Below are positions 1 through 9,606 of a stretch of 64,000 nucleotides of DNA, piece after piece. The notes beneath the pieces were generated by a model. That model ran no database searches, was not told where the DNA came from, and saw only the letters and a list, made by a program, of their open reading frames with translations. The position numbers were made by a program, and so were the translations under genes. The number at the start of each line of letters is the position of its first letter. Position 1 is the stretch's first letter. The DNA is taken from assembly GCA_049472335.1 (NCBI GenBank), contig JBLIRO010000010.1:1-64000 (forward strand). The letters run 5' to 3'. Source of the stretch: a bacterium (lineage in GTDB: Bacteria; SZUA-182; DTGQ01; JAFGSM01).

Positions 1-203
1 CCGTAATTGGGCATACTGAACCCACCGCCGTAATTGGGCATACTGAACCCACCGCCGTAATTGGGCATACTGAACCCACCGCCGTAATTGGGCATACTGA
101 ACCCACCGCCGTAATTGGGCATACTGAACCCGCCGCCGTAATTGGGCATACTGAACCCACCGCCGTAGCTGGGCATACTGAACCCACCGCCGTAGCTGGG
201 CAT
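1..203. repeat. Coding 27-bp tandem repeat, about 7.5 copies (CCGTAATTGGGCATACTGAACCCACCG)
   Basis: Head-to-tail units with no spacers; encodes GGFSMP(N/S)YG on the minus strand. Confidence 0.95.
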
Positions 204-401
204 GCCGAAACTAGGGGCTCCGAAACTGGGCATGCCAAAACCTGTGGAACCAAATGAAGGCAATGAATATGATGAAAAAAAATTTTCTGGTGCAATACCA
301 ACCTGGGCATATGTAAAAGGGCTTGAGATTAAGGTGGTAAAACAAATTAGAAATAGAAGGCATGAAAAATTTAAAAAACATTTATATTTATTAATAGCCA
401 T
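1..401 (-). CDS. Secreted Gly/Ser/Phe/Tyr/Met-rich repeat protein, truncated at the window edge; absent from the ORF track
   Basis: Manual translation: SD AAGGAG, ATG at 401, MAINKYKCFLNFSCLLFLICFTTLISSPFTYA|QVGIAPENFFSSYSLPSFGSTGFGMPSFGAPSFGMPSYGGGFSMPSYG then (GGFSMPNYG)n, open to base 1. Confidence 0.85.
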   Translation of the reverse strand, partial: MAINKYKCFLNFSCLLFLICFTTLISSPFTYAQVGIAPENFFSSYSLPSFGSTGFGMPSFGAPSFGMPSYGGGFSMPSYGGGFSMPNYGGGFSMPNYGGGFSMPNYGGGFSMPNYGGGFSMPNYGGGFSMPNY

Positions 402-750
402 CTTGTTTCTCCTTAGATATAAGATAAAAAAACAAACTGAAAAAATTATTAAATCATATTAACAGATTATCAAGGATCTGTAAAAATAGCCTGTTTATCT
501 TTAAGAGCTATTGACAAAATTTTTTATGAAGATTTTTTATGAAATATGCCTCCCCTCATAATAGATTCTTTTTTCATATTGGTAAATTCAATCACATTTT
601 CTTAATTTATGATTAATTTTCACTTGTAGAAAAAAAGCGAATACGAGTTAAAGTCTATCCATCTTGATATATCGTATAGGAAATCCATTGTTATAAATAA
701 GAATTACCAATGAAATCTATTCAAATAGTAAATATATTAATCTAATATAT

Positions 751-780
751 TATAGACGGAAAAATTCAGTTTTTTTTACT
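751..780 (-). promoter_or_regulatory. Candidate ECF-sigma-like promoter, AGTAA-N17-CGTCTATA
   Basis: Same TAA-N17-CGTCTATA arrangement recurs at 33886-33915 and 57890-57919, each oriented toward a low-complexity secreted protein gene. Confidence 0.45.
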
Positions 781-820
781 TTTTAAAATTAAAAAAATTT
801 AAGGATTTTTTACTGATCTG

Positions 821-1570
821 TCAGTTGAAGGTGGTTTCTTCTATAAGGTTGAAGGTAATTGGAACTCCGATAAGTATGGATTTCCCTTGCATACCTGAAG
901 GGAATGGAGGATAGGGCTCTCCTGCCTTGATGCTTTCAATTGCGGCATTATTTAGTATTTGGTGTCTGGATTTTTTTGTTACTTTAATATCTCCAAGCGA
1001 GCCATCTCTATACAGTAGAAAATCCACATTCACAGTGCCTTTTATTCCGAGTCTTTGAGCGGTATGCGGATATTTTCTGTGTTTTTTAATATGACTTAAA
1101 ATCTTGGCCTTATAGATATCGGATTGGTCAATATCCGAAGAATCCTGTGGTAAAAACATTGGCAATTGGGGCATGGATATATCATTTATATTTTTAATGA
1201 TACTTCCAACCGCTGTAACTTCGCAACGCGCAAAATCAGGCATTTCCTGTGTTTTTTTAGGGGTGATTGAGTAATCGCGCATTTCTGTTCCGGGAATATT
1301 TTTTTGCGTTTGAATGATTTCCGGTATTGAATGGATCTTTGATTTCAGGGTGGGTAGTTGATGTCCATCATTCAGGTGTTTCGGAGGCTGTGGAATGTTC
1401 CTGCGCGGTCTTCCGTGTTCGATATATTTGAGATCCACCTCTATCCTGTGCCCGGCTTTTGGGGTGCGTATTATTTGTCCCAAAAAGACCAGAAGTATAA
1501 GATGAAGAACTATTGAAAACAAAAAAAAGACTTCAAGCGCCTTGTTTTTTGTATGTGAGTAATATCTCAT
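821..1570 (-). CDS. tonB: Energy transducer TonB family protein
   Basis: N-terminal TM with SIVLH motif; C-terminal TonB_C domain (YPHTAQRLGIKGTVNVDF...SRHQILNNAAIESIKAGEPYPPFP); follows exbBD. Confidence 0.85.
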   Translation of the reverse strand: MRYYSHTKNKALEVFFLFSIVLHLILLVFLGQIIRTPKAGHRIEVDLKYIEHGRPRRNIPQPPKHLNDGHQLPTLKSKIHSIPEIIQTQKNIPGTEMRDYSITPKKTQEMPDFARCEVTAVGSIIKNINDISMPQLPMFLPQDSSDIDQSDIYKAKILSHIKKHRKYPHTAQRLGIKGTVNVDFLLYRDGSLGDIKVTKKSRHQILNNAAIESIKAGEPYPPFPSGMQGKSILIGVPITFNLIEETTFN

Positions 1571-1579
1571 CCGGTTTCT

Positions 1580-1984
1580 TCAAAAATCCCTTTCCGTTGC
1601 TATGAATAGTTTCTGAGCCCCACTGCTCTTGGCGGTATCCATTACCTTTACCACCGCATCCAGAACGACATCTTTATCTGCCCTAATGGTCAACGGTTTC
1701 CCCGGGTCATTTCGAATCAGGGATTTTAACGTTTTATAGAGCTCGGCCTCATTAACCTCTTCGTTCTTTATGAAAACACGGCCCTCACGTGTTATATGGA
1801 TAGTTATCTCTTCCTGTGTCTGAGCCCCTGTGGCTCTCGCATTCGGAAGATTTACGTTAATCCCTTCCTGGGTTATAAAATTTGTGGTTAAAAGGAAAAA
1901 TATCAAAAGCAGAAAAACAATATCGATCATGGGTGTCATATTCAAAAGGGCATCCGGTTTCCTTTTATATTTGATTTCAATCAT
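1580..1984 (-). CDS. exbD: Biopolymer transporter ExbD/TolR
   Basis: NMTPMIDIVFLLLIFFLL and IRADKDV...VVKVMD motifs. Confidence 0.92.
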   Translation of the reverse strand: MIEIKYKRKPDALLNMTPMIDIVFLLLIFFLLTTNFITQEGINVNLPNARATGAQTQEEITIHITREGRVFIKNEEVNEAELYKTLKSLIRNDPGKPLTIRADKDVVLDAVVKVMDTAKSSGAQKLFIATERDF

Positions 1985-2011
1985 AGAATTCCACCTTAAT
2001 CATTATGGGTC

Positions 2012-2662
2012 TTAAGGATATGCTTTGACTGATGCATTTTCCTGTAAGGTCTCTAAAAGCTGAACAGAGGAATCCTGCATCTCGTGGGCAAAGCTTTCCA
2101 CTTTACCTACAAAATAATTATAGGCAATCACGGTTGGAATAGCTACACCCAGTCCCAGGGCCGTAGTCAAAAGGGCCTCCCATATCCCTCCTGCAAGGAC
2201 ACTCGCATTCACCTTTCCTCCCAGATTCTGGATGACCATAAAGGCCCTGATCATGCCCGTTACGGTGCCGAAAAGACCAAGCAAGGGGGCTATATTCGCA
2301 ATTGTGGCCAGGGTAGGAAGATACCGGTCGAGCTGTCTCAGCTCAAGTTGCCCGGCGTGGGCCAGCGCCTTTTCCAGTTCCTCCCTGCTAACTGACATGT
2401 CGTTATTTTGAGATTTCTCGATGCCCTTTGCAAGTATATTCCCGATGGGAGTTTTTGCGGACCTGCATTTATGGATTGCCTCCTCATGTTGATTCTGTTC
2501 GATCATTCTCTGAATTTCTTCTATAAATTTAGGTTCCTTCAGACGGGCCTTATGAAACCGATAGAACCTTTCGCATATAAGAGCAACGGATAGAAGGGAG
2601 CAGAAGATGATTGGTATAACCACCGGACCTCCCCTTGCTAAAAAAGAAACAATATCCTGCAC
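2012..2662 (-). CDS. exbB: MotA/TolQ/ExbB proton channel protein
   Basis: APLLGLFGTVTGMIRAF and GGIWEALLTTALGLGVAIP motifs. Confidence 0.92.
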   Translation of the reverse strand: MQDIVSFLARGGPVVIPIIFCSLLSVALICERFYRFHKARLKEPKFIEEIQRMIEQNQHEEAIHKCRSAKTPIGNILAKGIEKSQNNDMSVSREELEKALAHAGQLELRQLDRYLPTLATIANIAPLLGLFGTVTGMIRAFMVIQNLGGKVNASVLAGGIWEALLTTALGLGVAIPTVIAYNYFVGKVESFAHEMQDSSVQLLETLQENASVKAYP

Positions 2663-2697
2663 GTACTATATCCTCCTTTTTGATAATAGACAATTGG

Positions 2698-4203
2698 TTA
2701 CATTTTAGTGAATTCTTCCAATGTGTCCGCTTCCCCATCATAATCGAGGTCCCGCCTTCTTGAAGTCAGGTTTTCATTTTCATCGTACGATTCCCATGTA
2801 TCAACCTTACCGTCACGATTTGTGTCCTCTTCCAAAAGCTTAAGATTGGGGGCCTTATGGAAAATCCATAAATCCGCTTTGCCGTCTCCGTCTTGATCCT
2901 TTTCCACTTTTATGGCTTCCCCTTTTGTATCATAATACCATGTAAGCTCCATCCTTCCGTCATTATCTTCATCGTGTAAGCTTTTAATCACCTTCCCTTT
3001 ATCAGAGAAAAATACCTCTTCATCAAATCGTCCATTAGAGTCCGTGTCAGATTTTTTGCTTTCGAGTATCCCTGATCGATAATTCATACTTATATCCGGT
3101 TTTCCATCTTTTGAAAGGTCCCGGTCTCTTTGGGTGATATTTCCATCCGTCCCGTAGATCTCCCATATGTCGGGTTTGCCGTCCAAACTGGTGTCTTGGG
3201 ATATGCGAAAGAGGTCCCCGTTTTTGTACTCCGTCCATAGGTCAATTTTTCCGTCACTATTTTTATCCATACTGCAGCTATTAATAATTCCGTTTTTGAA
3301 ATCGCACCATGCTTCTATCTCTCCGTCTTTGCCTTCATCAAATGCGGTTTTTTTGATCATCCCGGTGTCATAATAGATCTGCTTATCGATCTTGCCATCG
3401 CCATTTTCATCCTTTTCGCTGTGAGTCATTATCCCCTTTTGATAAAAATCCCGGACATTTATCCGTGTGGCGCCTTTTTCTCTCCTTTTCCGCAATACGA
3501 TCTCTCCGTTCATATATTCTTCTATCAGATCTGCCCTGCCATCAAAATCCGAATCCTGATGATGTTCTTTGATCCGTTCATTTTGATCATAAAAAAAACC
3601 ATTGTCTTTCAGACCGTCTCCGTTTTCGTCTTTATTTATCTCTGAAAGCCGGCCATTGGAGTATATAATAGTCAAGTCATTAATGCCGTCGAAGTTTGTA
3701 TCCCTTTCTTCCCTTTCCGGTCTTTCCTCCTCATCGAAAATGATTAGTGCATCCGGTTGTGAATCATGATTCTCATCCAATAATGTTTTTATTGCCCCGC
3801 CCTTATTTCCGATGTCAGTCCAAAGGTCTATTCTACCGTCATGATCTCTGTCCTTCTCCTGTTTTATATGGCTGCCTTTATTAAAATAGTCCCAGGTGTC
3901 TTTTAAACCATCGGAATTTGTATCACGTATAACAAGTGTCGCATATTCACCTTCATACTGATGCCATGTATCCACTATACCATCAAAATCGGAATCAGTT
4001 TCCGATCTTTCAAGTACGCCTTCGGGAGAATAATAACCCCACAAATCAGGTTTTCCGTCATTATTCTTATCCTCTGCCAGTTCTCTATTGTTATTTTTCT
4101 GATGAGAGTGTGCGGCATTGAAAACACAAAGGATAAGAAAGGGGATTATTATGGATATTATATACATATATAGGCCATTTTCGTTTTTTGTATATATACT
4201 CAT
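2698..4203 (-). CDS. Exported protein built of about 19 Dx[DN]xDG-type putative Ca-binding repeats
   Basis: Hydrophobic N-terminus, then roughly 23-aa units such as DKNNDGKPD, DSDFDGIVD, DENGDGKID, DTNRDGKVD. Start uncertain (ATG 4203 versus 4236). Confidence 0.8.
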   Translation of the reverse strand: MSIYTKNENGLYMYIISIIIPFLILCVFNAAHSHQKNNNRELAEDKNNDGKPDLWGYYSPEGVLERSETDSDFDGIVDTWHQYEGEYATLVIRDTNSDGLKDTWDYFNKGSHIKQEKDRDHDGRIDLWTDIGNKGGAIKTLLDENHDSQPDALIIFDEEERPEREERDTNFDGINDLTIIYSNGRLSEINKDENGDGLKDNGFFYDQNERIKEHHQDSDFDGRADLIEEYMNGEIVLRKRREKGATRINVRDFYQKGIMTHSEKDENGDGKIDKQIYYDTGMIKKTAFDEGKDGEIEAWCDFKNGIINSCSMDKNSDGKIDLWTEYKNGDLFRISQDTSLDGKPDIWEIYGTDGNITQRDRDLSKDGKPDISMNYRSGILESKKSDTDSNGRFDEEVFFSDKGKVIKSLHDEDNDGRMELTWYYDTKGEAIKVEKDQDGDGKADLWIFHKAPNLKLLEEDTNRDGKVDTWESYDENENLTSRRRDLDYDGEADTLEEFTKM

Positions 4204-4339
4204 TTCTCTCTCTTTATTTAAACAGTTTATATCCAAGTATACCGTTTTACTATTTTTATGGAAAGTCTGAATGTTTTTTATAGGTGGTTTTCAGGTAGTT
4301 TTAGAAAACAGAATCAGGATAAAGCCTTTGGCTTAATTA

Positions 4340-4383
4340 ACTTTAGACACTTTAGCGCACTTTTTTAACTTTAGAACTTTTTT
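4340..4383. repeat. Short degenerate ACTTTAG array, about 5 copies with 8-10 bp period
   Basis: actttagac actttagcgc acttttttaa ctttagaa cttt. Confidence 0.6.
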
Positions 4384-4894
4384 AAAGGGGGGGAAAAGGA
4401 TTATTTATGTCCCTGGGAAAATCCATTCCTAAAGAAATTTTTAACTTTTCATTGAATTTTTGGTGAATTATATGGACAATGAGGATCTTCCCTTTATTCT
4501 TAAGAACCCTCGTTATCTCAAGCAGGGCCTTTTTTTTATCCTGAAAAGAAGGAAAAACCGCAAAACATATTACATAATCACAATAATCATCAGGAAGGGG
4601 TATATTTTCCACATCTGCCAGGATATAAAGAGACGGTACCTTTGTCTTTTTCTTTTTAGTATTTTGCAGTATACCGTGTGAGTGATCCAGTGCTATGATC
4701 TTCCCGTCTTTTCGCACCTTTCTCTTTAGTAATGGCACCAGGTTTCCTGTTCTGGTTCCTATATTAAGCACGCAAGAGCCCCTTTTAATCCTGAATTTCG
4801 AGACAAAGGCGCACATACGCTCCATCCCTTCTGCGGTATACCAGGTCTGTTCTAAAATTTCAGCCCGCTTATTATTTTTCTCTTGTTTTTTCAA
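4382..4894 (-). CDS. Class I SAM-dependent methyltransferase, possibly degenerate or truncated
   Basis: VLNIGTRTG (altered motif I), IIALDHS, ADVENIPLPDD, ALLEITRVLKNKGK. Confidence 0.7.
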   Translation of the reverse strand: MKKQEKNNKRAEILEQTWYTAEGMERMCAFVSKFRIKRGSCVLNIGTRTGNLVPLLKRKVRKDGKIIALDHSHGILQNTKKKKTKVPSLYILADVENIPLPDDYCDYVICFAVFPSFQDKKKALLEITRVLKNKGKILIVHIIHQKFNEKLKISLGMDFPRDINNPFPPL

Positions 4895-5229
4895 TTTTAT
4901 TCTCTCTCCGTTTGATCTGGAGAATAAATTCTTCTTTATCCATTATTTTTAAATTTTTTAGATAAATCTTAGCATTTTTCAGGTTTCTCGTGCTACTTGT
5001 TAGAAGGGATTCTATCAACATATTCGTCCAAAAAAGACTAAATCTTCAGTTCCGTTCTTAACATCTTAGGGAATTTAATGATATAGTAGTGATCTAGAAT
5101 TTGTCATATTGAATATTCATAACTATAATTAAGAACAAAAAGTTATATTTGAAAGGAGGAGAACCTAATGCCTCCGGTTTCGGAACCTTCAAAAGGATAT
5201 TTCAAATCCGGCAGAGAAAAGGGATTCAA

Positions 5230-6558
5230 ATGAAGAAATGGATAGTGATTATTGTTCTTGTTTGCTTGGTTGCCGGAGGAGGAATATTCTACTGGATAAA
5301 GCAACAGGCAAAGAAAGATTCGGAAATCCCCAAATTGACCTCAACAAAGGTCGAGCGTGGGGAGATATCCATGATTGTAGCATCAACCGGGCGAATCGTC
5401 TCGAATCTGGATGTAGAGATAAAGTGTAAGGCAAGCGGCGAGGTTATCAGGCTTCCTTATGATGTCAGTGACAGGGTAAAAAAAGGGGACCTTCTGGTGG
5501 AGCTCGATCCTGTGGATGAAAGGCGACTGGTCAAGCAGGCCAAGGCAACACTTTCTGCTTCACAGGCAAGGCTTAAACAGGCCCGGTTGAATCTGAAGAT
5601 TGCAGAGGAAAATCTTGCCCATGAAAAAAGGCTGGCTAATGAAGCATTAAAATCAGCGCTTGCCAATGCTGAATTTACCGCCACAAAGCTGGAGCGGCAG
5701 ATGCAGCTTTTTGAGAAGAAACTCATTAGCCAGGAAGAATTGGATGCCGCGGAAACCTCCGCAATACAGGCCGCTTCCGATCTGGAGCAGGCAAGGATAC
5801 AGATAGAAGAACTGGGAACAAAAGAGACGGCCCTGGAGCTAAAGAAACAGGATGTAAATTTGGCGCAATCTCAGGTAGAATCAGACAAGATCTCCCTTTC
5901 TCTGTCTCGACAACGTCTAAAGGACACCAAGGTATTTGCCCCTATCGACGGGATTGTATCCGCGCTTAATGTCCAGATAGGTCAGATCATTTCCTCCGGT
6001 ATCACTAATGTGAGTGGCGGAACAACAATAATGACCCTCTCCGACCTTTCCCGTGTTTTTGTCCTTGCATCTGTTGATGAAAGTGATATCGGCAGAGTGG
6101 AACTGGAGCAACCAGCGGTTATAAACGCTGATGCCTTTTCCAAGAAAGATTTTAAAGGGAAAGTAATACGCATCGCCACGAAGGGTGTAAACATATCCAA
6201 TGTTGTAACCTTTGAGGTAAAATTAGAGGTCCTGGGGGAGGAAAAATATTTGCTGAAGCCGGAAATGACTGCAAATGTAAAGATTATTACAGCAGAGGAG
6301 GATGATGTCCTGTTGATACCTATTGATGCTGTTTTACGCAGACAGGGTGAGCCGTACGTGGAGGTTGTAAATCAAGACGGAAATATCATGGAGAGGTCCA
6401 TAGAGACAGGAATAGATAATGGCGAGAAGATCAGGGTGATAAACGGCCTGGAGGAAGGTGAAGAAATAAAGGTGAACAAAGAGGATACTGAAAGCCGATG
6501 GAGCAATTCTCCGGGCAGAAGAACATTACGTTCAGCCCGTAGAATGAGAAGAAGATGA
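5230..6558 (+). CDS. MacA-type periplasmic adaptor subunit
   Basis: [31 protein letters not shown], coiled-coil hairpin, [23 protein letters not shown]. Likely start is ATG 5230. Confidence 0.9.
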   Translation: MKKWIVIIVLVCLVAGGGIFYWIKQQAKKDSEIPKLTSTKVERGEISMIVASTGRIVSNLDVEIKCKASGEVIRLPYDVSDRVKKGDLLVELDPVDERRLVKQAKATLSASQARLKQARLNLKIAEENLAHEKRLANEALKSALANAEFTATKLERQMQLFEKKLISQEELDAAETSAIQAASDLEQARIQIEELGTKETALELKKQDVNLAQSQVESDKISLSLSRQRLKDTKVFAPIDGIVSALNVQIGQIISSGITNVSGGTTIMTLSDLSRVFVLASVDESDIGRVELEQPAVINADAFSKKDFKGKVIRIATKGVNISNVVTFEVKLEVLGEEKYLLKPEMTANVKIITAEEDDVLLIPIDAVLRRQGEPYVEVVNQDGNIMERSIETGIDNGEKIRVINGLEEGEEIKVNKEDTESRWSNSPGRRTLRSARRMRRR

Positions 6559-7217
6559 TCAGGACGGAGTCCCTTGTTAAAAACTATAAATTGGGTGGAA
6601 ATATCATCAGGGCCCTGAATGGTGTCTCTTTTGAGGTTTCTAAAGGTGAGATGCTGGCAATAACCGGTGCATCAGGAAGCGGAAAATCGACCTTGATGCA
6701 TATCATCGGGTGCCTGGACCGGCCGGATTCCGGGGAATATTATCTAATGGGAAAAAGTATTACAAAACTTTCCAAGAACAGCCTCGCGGAGATCCGCAAT
6801 CGCAGGATAGGTTTTGTTTTTCAGACCTTTAACCTATTGCCCCGAATGAATGCTCTGGAGAATGTGGAGCTGCCTTTGCTATATTCCGGTAGAAGCGAGG
6901 CAAAAAGTCTTGCCAAAGATGCCTTAAAAACCGTCGGTCTCTCCGAGAGGATAAATCACGAACCCAGTCAGCTTTCAGGAGGGCAGTGCCAGCGGGTTGC
7001 TATTGCCCGTGCCATTGTAACGGACCCTGAGCTGATCCTGGCCGACGAACCTACCGGGAACCTCGACAGCAAGGCAAGTGCAGAATTGATGTCACTTTTT
7101 GAGGATCTCAATAAACAGGGTCGCACTATTATCATTGTAACTCACGAGCAGGATATAGCAGAACGCTGCAAGCGAAAGATACGCCTTAAGGATGGGCGTA
7201 TTGTGGATATCAATTAA
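6555..7217 (+). CDS. ABC transporter ATP-binding protein, MacB/LolD type
   Basis: [46 protein letters not shown]. Confidence 0.95.
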   Translation: MIRTESLVKNYKLGGNIIRALNGVSFEVSKGEMLAITGASGSGKSTLMHIIGCLDRPDSGEYYLMGKSITKLSKNSLAEIRNRRIGFVFQTFNLLPRMNALENVELPLLYSGRSEAKSLAKDALKTVGLSERINHEPSQLSGGQCQRVAIARAIVTDPELILADEPTGNLDSKASAELMSLFEDLNKQGRTIIIVTHEQDIAERCKRKIRLKDGRIVDIN

Positions 7218-7235
7218 ACAAAGAAGGGCTTAAAA

Positions 7236-8447
7236 ATGCTTTGCTGGATAATAATCAAAATCGCTCTGAAAAGTCTTTGGGCAAACAAGCTCAGGTCGTT
7301 CCTGGCAATGCTCGGAATCATTATAGGTGTGGGAGCGGTTATCTCAATGCTGGCGTTGGGGGCGGGCGCCCGGAATCAGGTTATGGAACGTATTTCCTCC
7401 ATGGGAACCAACATACTTATTGTCAGGCCGGGTCAAAGGGGTTCCCATCGGGGCGTCATAACCGACACTTATCAAAATCTCACTATAGAAGATGCCAGGG
7501 CTATTGTGGAGAGTATACCTTCCGTACGCCGTGTCGCCCCTGTAGTTCGGGGTGGCGCGCAAATAAAATATTTTAATAAAAACACACCCTCTTCTATAAT
7601 CGGGACAGCCGTAACCTATCTGGATATAAGGAATTTTACCATTGAAAAAGGAAGGGGCTTTTCCGAAATGGAGGCGGAGAGGATCGCAAAGGTGGCAGTA
7701 CTCGGATCTGTCAACGCAAAAAAGCTTTTCGGAGAAAGTGACCCCCTTGGTGAGATAATCAAGATAAAAGGTGTAAATTTTCGCGTGATAGGTGTCTTGA
7801 AGGCAAAAGGGGATCAAGGATGGTTCAATCCGGACGATCAGATAGTGATTCCCTATACCACCGCTATGAAACAGTTGTTCGGACTGGATCATCTTCATGA
7901 GATTGACGTTCAGGCATTGGACAGCAGTGCCCTTCAGGATGTACAGGAAAAAGTCTCAGCGGTGCTTAGAAGGCGCCATCGAATCCCTTCCGATATGTCC
8001 GACGATTTTCAGATTTACAATCAGGCTGAGATGATTCAGACCGCTACCGATTTTACAAAGACATTTACGATCCTTCTCGGCAGTATCGCAAGCATCTCTT
8101 TACTGGTAGGTGGGATAGGCATTATGAATATAATGCTTGTTTCGGTAACGGAAAGGACAAGGGAAATAGGTATTCGCAAGGCCATCGGGGCAAAAGACAA
8201 AGATATAATCAAGCAATTTTTGATCGAGTCTATCCTCATAACTGTTATAGGCGGGCTGTTCGGTATCCTGCTAGGTGTAGGAGGGGCCAGGCTGGTTGAG
8301 GGATTATTGGAGTTTCCAACTTTATTGGAGCTGAAAAGCATCCTGCTCGCTTTATTTTTCTCAGCGGCTGTTGGAATATTTTTTGGATTTTACCCTGCCC
8401 GGCGCGCAGCCTTACTTGATCCTATCGAAGCATTACGTTACGAATAG
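7236..8447 (+). CDS. MacB-like ABC transporter permease
   Basis: RSFLAMLGIIIGV, GGIGIMNIMLVSVTERTREIGIRKAIGA, LDPIEALRYE. Confidence 0.95.
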   Translation: MLCWIIIKIALKSLWANKLRSFLAMLGIIIGVGAVISMLALGAGARNQVMERISSMGTNILIVRPGQRGSHRGVITDTYQNLTIEDARAIVESIPSVRRVAPVVRGGAQIKYFNKNTPSSIIGTAVTYLDIRNFTIEKGRGFSEMEAERIAKVAVLGSVNAKKLFGESDPLGEIIKIKGVNFRVIGVLKAKGDQGWFNPDDQIVIPYTTAMKQLFGLDHLHEIDVQALDSSALQDVQEKVSAVLRRRHRIPSDMSDDFQIYNQAEMIQTATDFTKTFTILLGSIASISLLVGGIGIMNIMLVSVTERTREIGIRKAIGAKDKDIIKQFLIESILITVIGGLFGILLGVGGARLVEGLLEFPTLLELKSILLALFFSAAVGIFFGFYPARRAALLDPIEALRYE

Positions 8448-8467
8448 AACCGTCCCCTTTTTTTTTC

Positions 8468-9591
8468 TTAAACAGTTATATCAATGGACTGTTTGGGAAA
8501 ATTGTATTGATGGAAATTGTCCACGAGAAAGTTACCTTTATCCTCAAAAGGATACCAAAGGATCTCCTTCTTTGTGATGGTGATGGTAAAATCCTTGTAA
8601 AAATCCAGGGCCTTTCGATCCTGACGACCGATAACCGAAAAGACGATGACCTGAAGCATCTCTTCTGCCTCATCTTCAGGTAGCGAGGCATTCAATATTT
8701 TGTCTAATGGGAAATTTTCATTTTTAGATACCGGTAAGGCCCGCTGATGCTCATTGATCCTTGTTGCAAGCTTTAGTAAAGCCCTGGCGTTTCTTGTGAC
8801 CAGGGCTGGCACATATAATCTGATGGGCCTTTCAGGGTCTTCATCCCTCAATAAGAATCTTCCCATCTTCATAAATGTGCTTAAATCATGCTTTCCGACT
8901 TTACGTTCCAGGATGGTTTTGCCTATGCCGTTGATCAAAAAGGTCCGGTATCCGTATGTTCCAAAGCAGATTACCTGGAGCACAGGATAATAGTTAATAA
9001 AGAAGTGTTCCCCAATAAAGTGCAGCTTTTTATATAACGCATGACCGGCTTCACATTGAAAGCTCATATCAGCGACGGATTCTGCGTATCGAAGGGCCTG
9101 TTCCTTGTCCAATATAAGAGGGGGAGGGTTACTCCCATTCCCTTTAGCGCGTCCTTATCATAAGGCTGGAGGGTGAGCACTTCTGCCCTGATACTAAGGG
9201 AGTTAAGCATGCCTGCAAAATCCGGATTTGCCTGGAAGGAATAATACCATGTCTTTGCCAGGGTCTCATTTTCTGTCTTTGAGACATGGTTGTAATAAAG
9301 CATCCCTTTGAAATACCAGAAAGGTTTAAATATGGTGTTAATCTTGTTTATGCTTGTTGGCGCCCTTTGCAAAGGGTCTTTCTTGTTGCAAAGGGCCTTT
9401 TTTATTATTAGGTGCAGCTCATTTTTATTTGGCATACGTGATGGTATGATATATTTAAGGTCAACCCCGCTCTTCTTGATTCTTAGAACAGACCCGCAGT
9501 AGGGACACTTAAGGGTATATGCCCCTTCCGGATATTGCAAAGGGCCCCCGCATTCAGGACATTTAACTGAAACGAGAAAGGGGGTGGGTAT
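8468..9591 (-). pseudogene. Zn-ribbon protein split by a frameshift near 9115-9127 and lacking a canonical start codon
   Basis: Frame of ORF 9064-9540 extends upstream to IPTPFLVSVKCPECGGPL...KCPYCGS (ATA at 9591 after GGGAAGG); the protein continues in the 8468-9112 frame after a C-rich run. Confidence 0.6.
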
Positions 9592-9606
9592 AGAAAACCT
9601 TCCCGG

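Noticed and set aside
1..203. 27-bp repeats as a CRISPR array
   Set aside because: Units are contiguous with no unique spacers, are a multiple of 3, lie in an open frame with SD and signal peptide, and no cas genes are present.
202..462. Plus-strand 86-aa ORF
   Set aside because: Antisense shadow of the minus-strand gene 1-401, which has the SD and signal peptide.
5149..5229. TTG start at 5149 for the MacA-like gene
   Set aside because: No SD before it; the typical N-terminus MKKWIVII starts at 5230.
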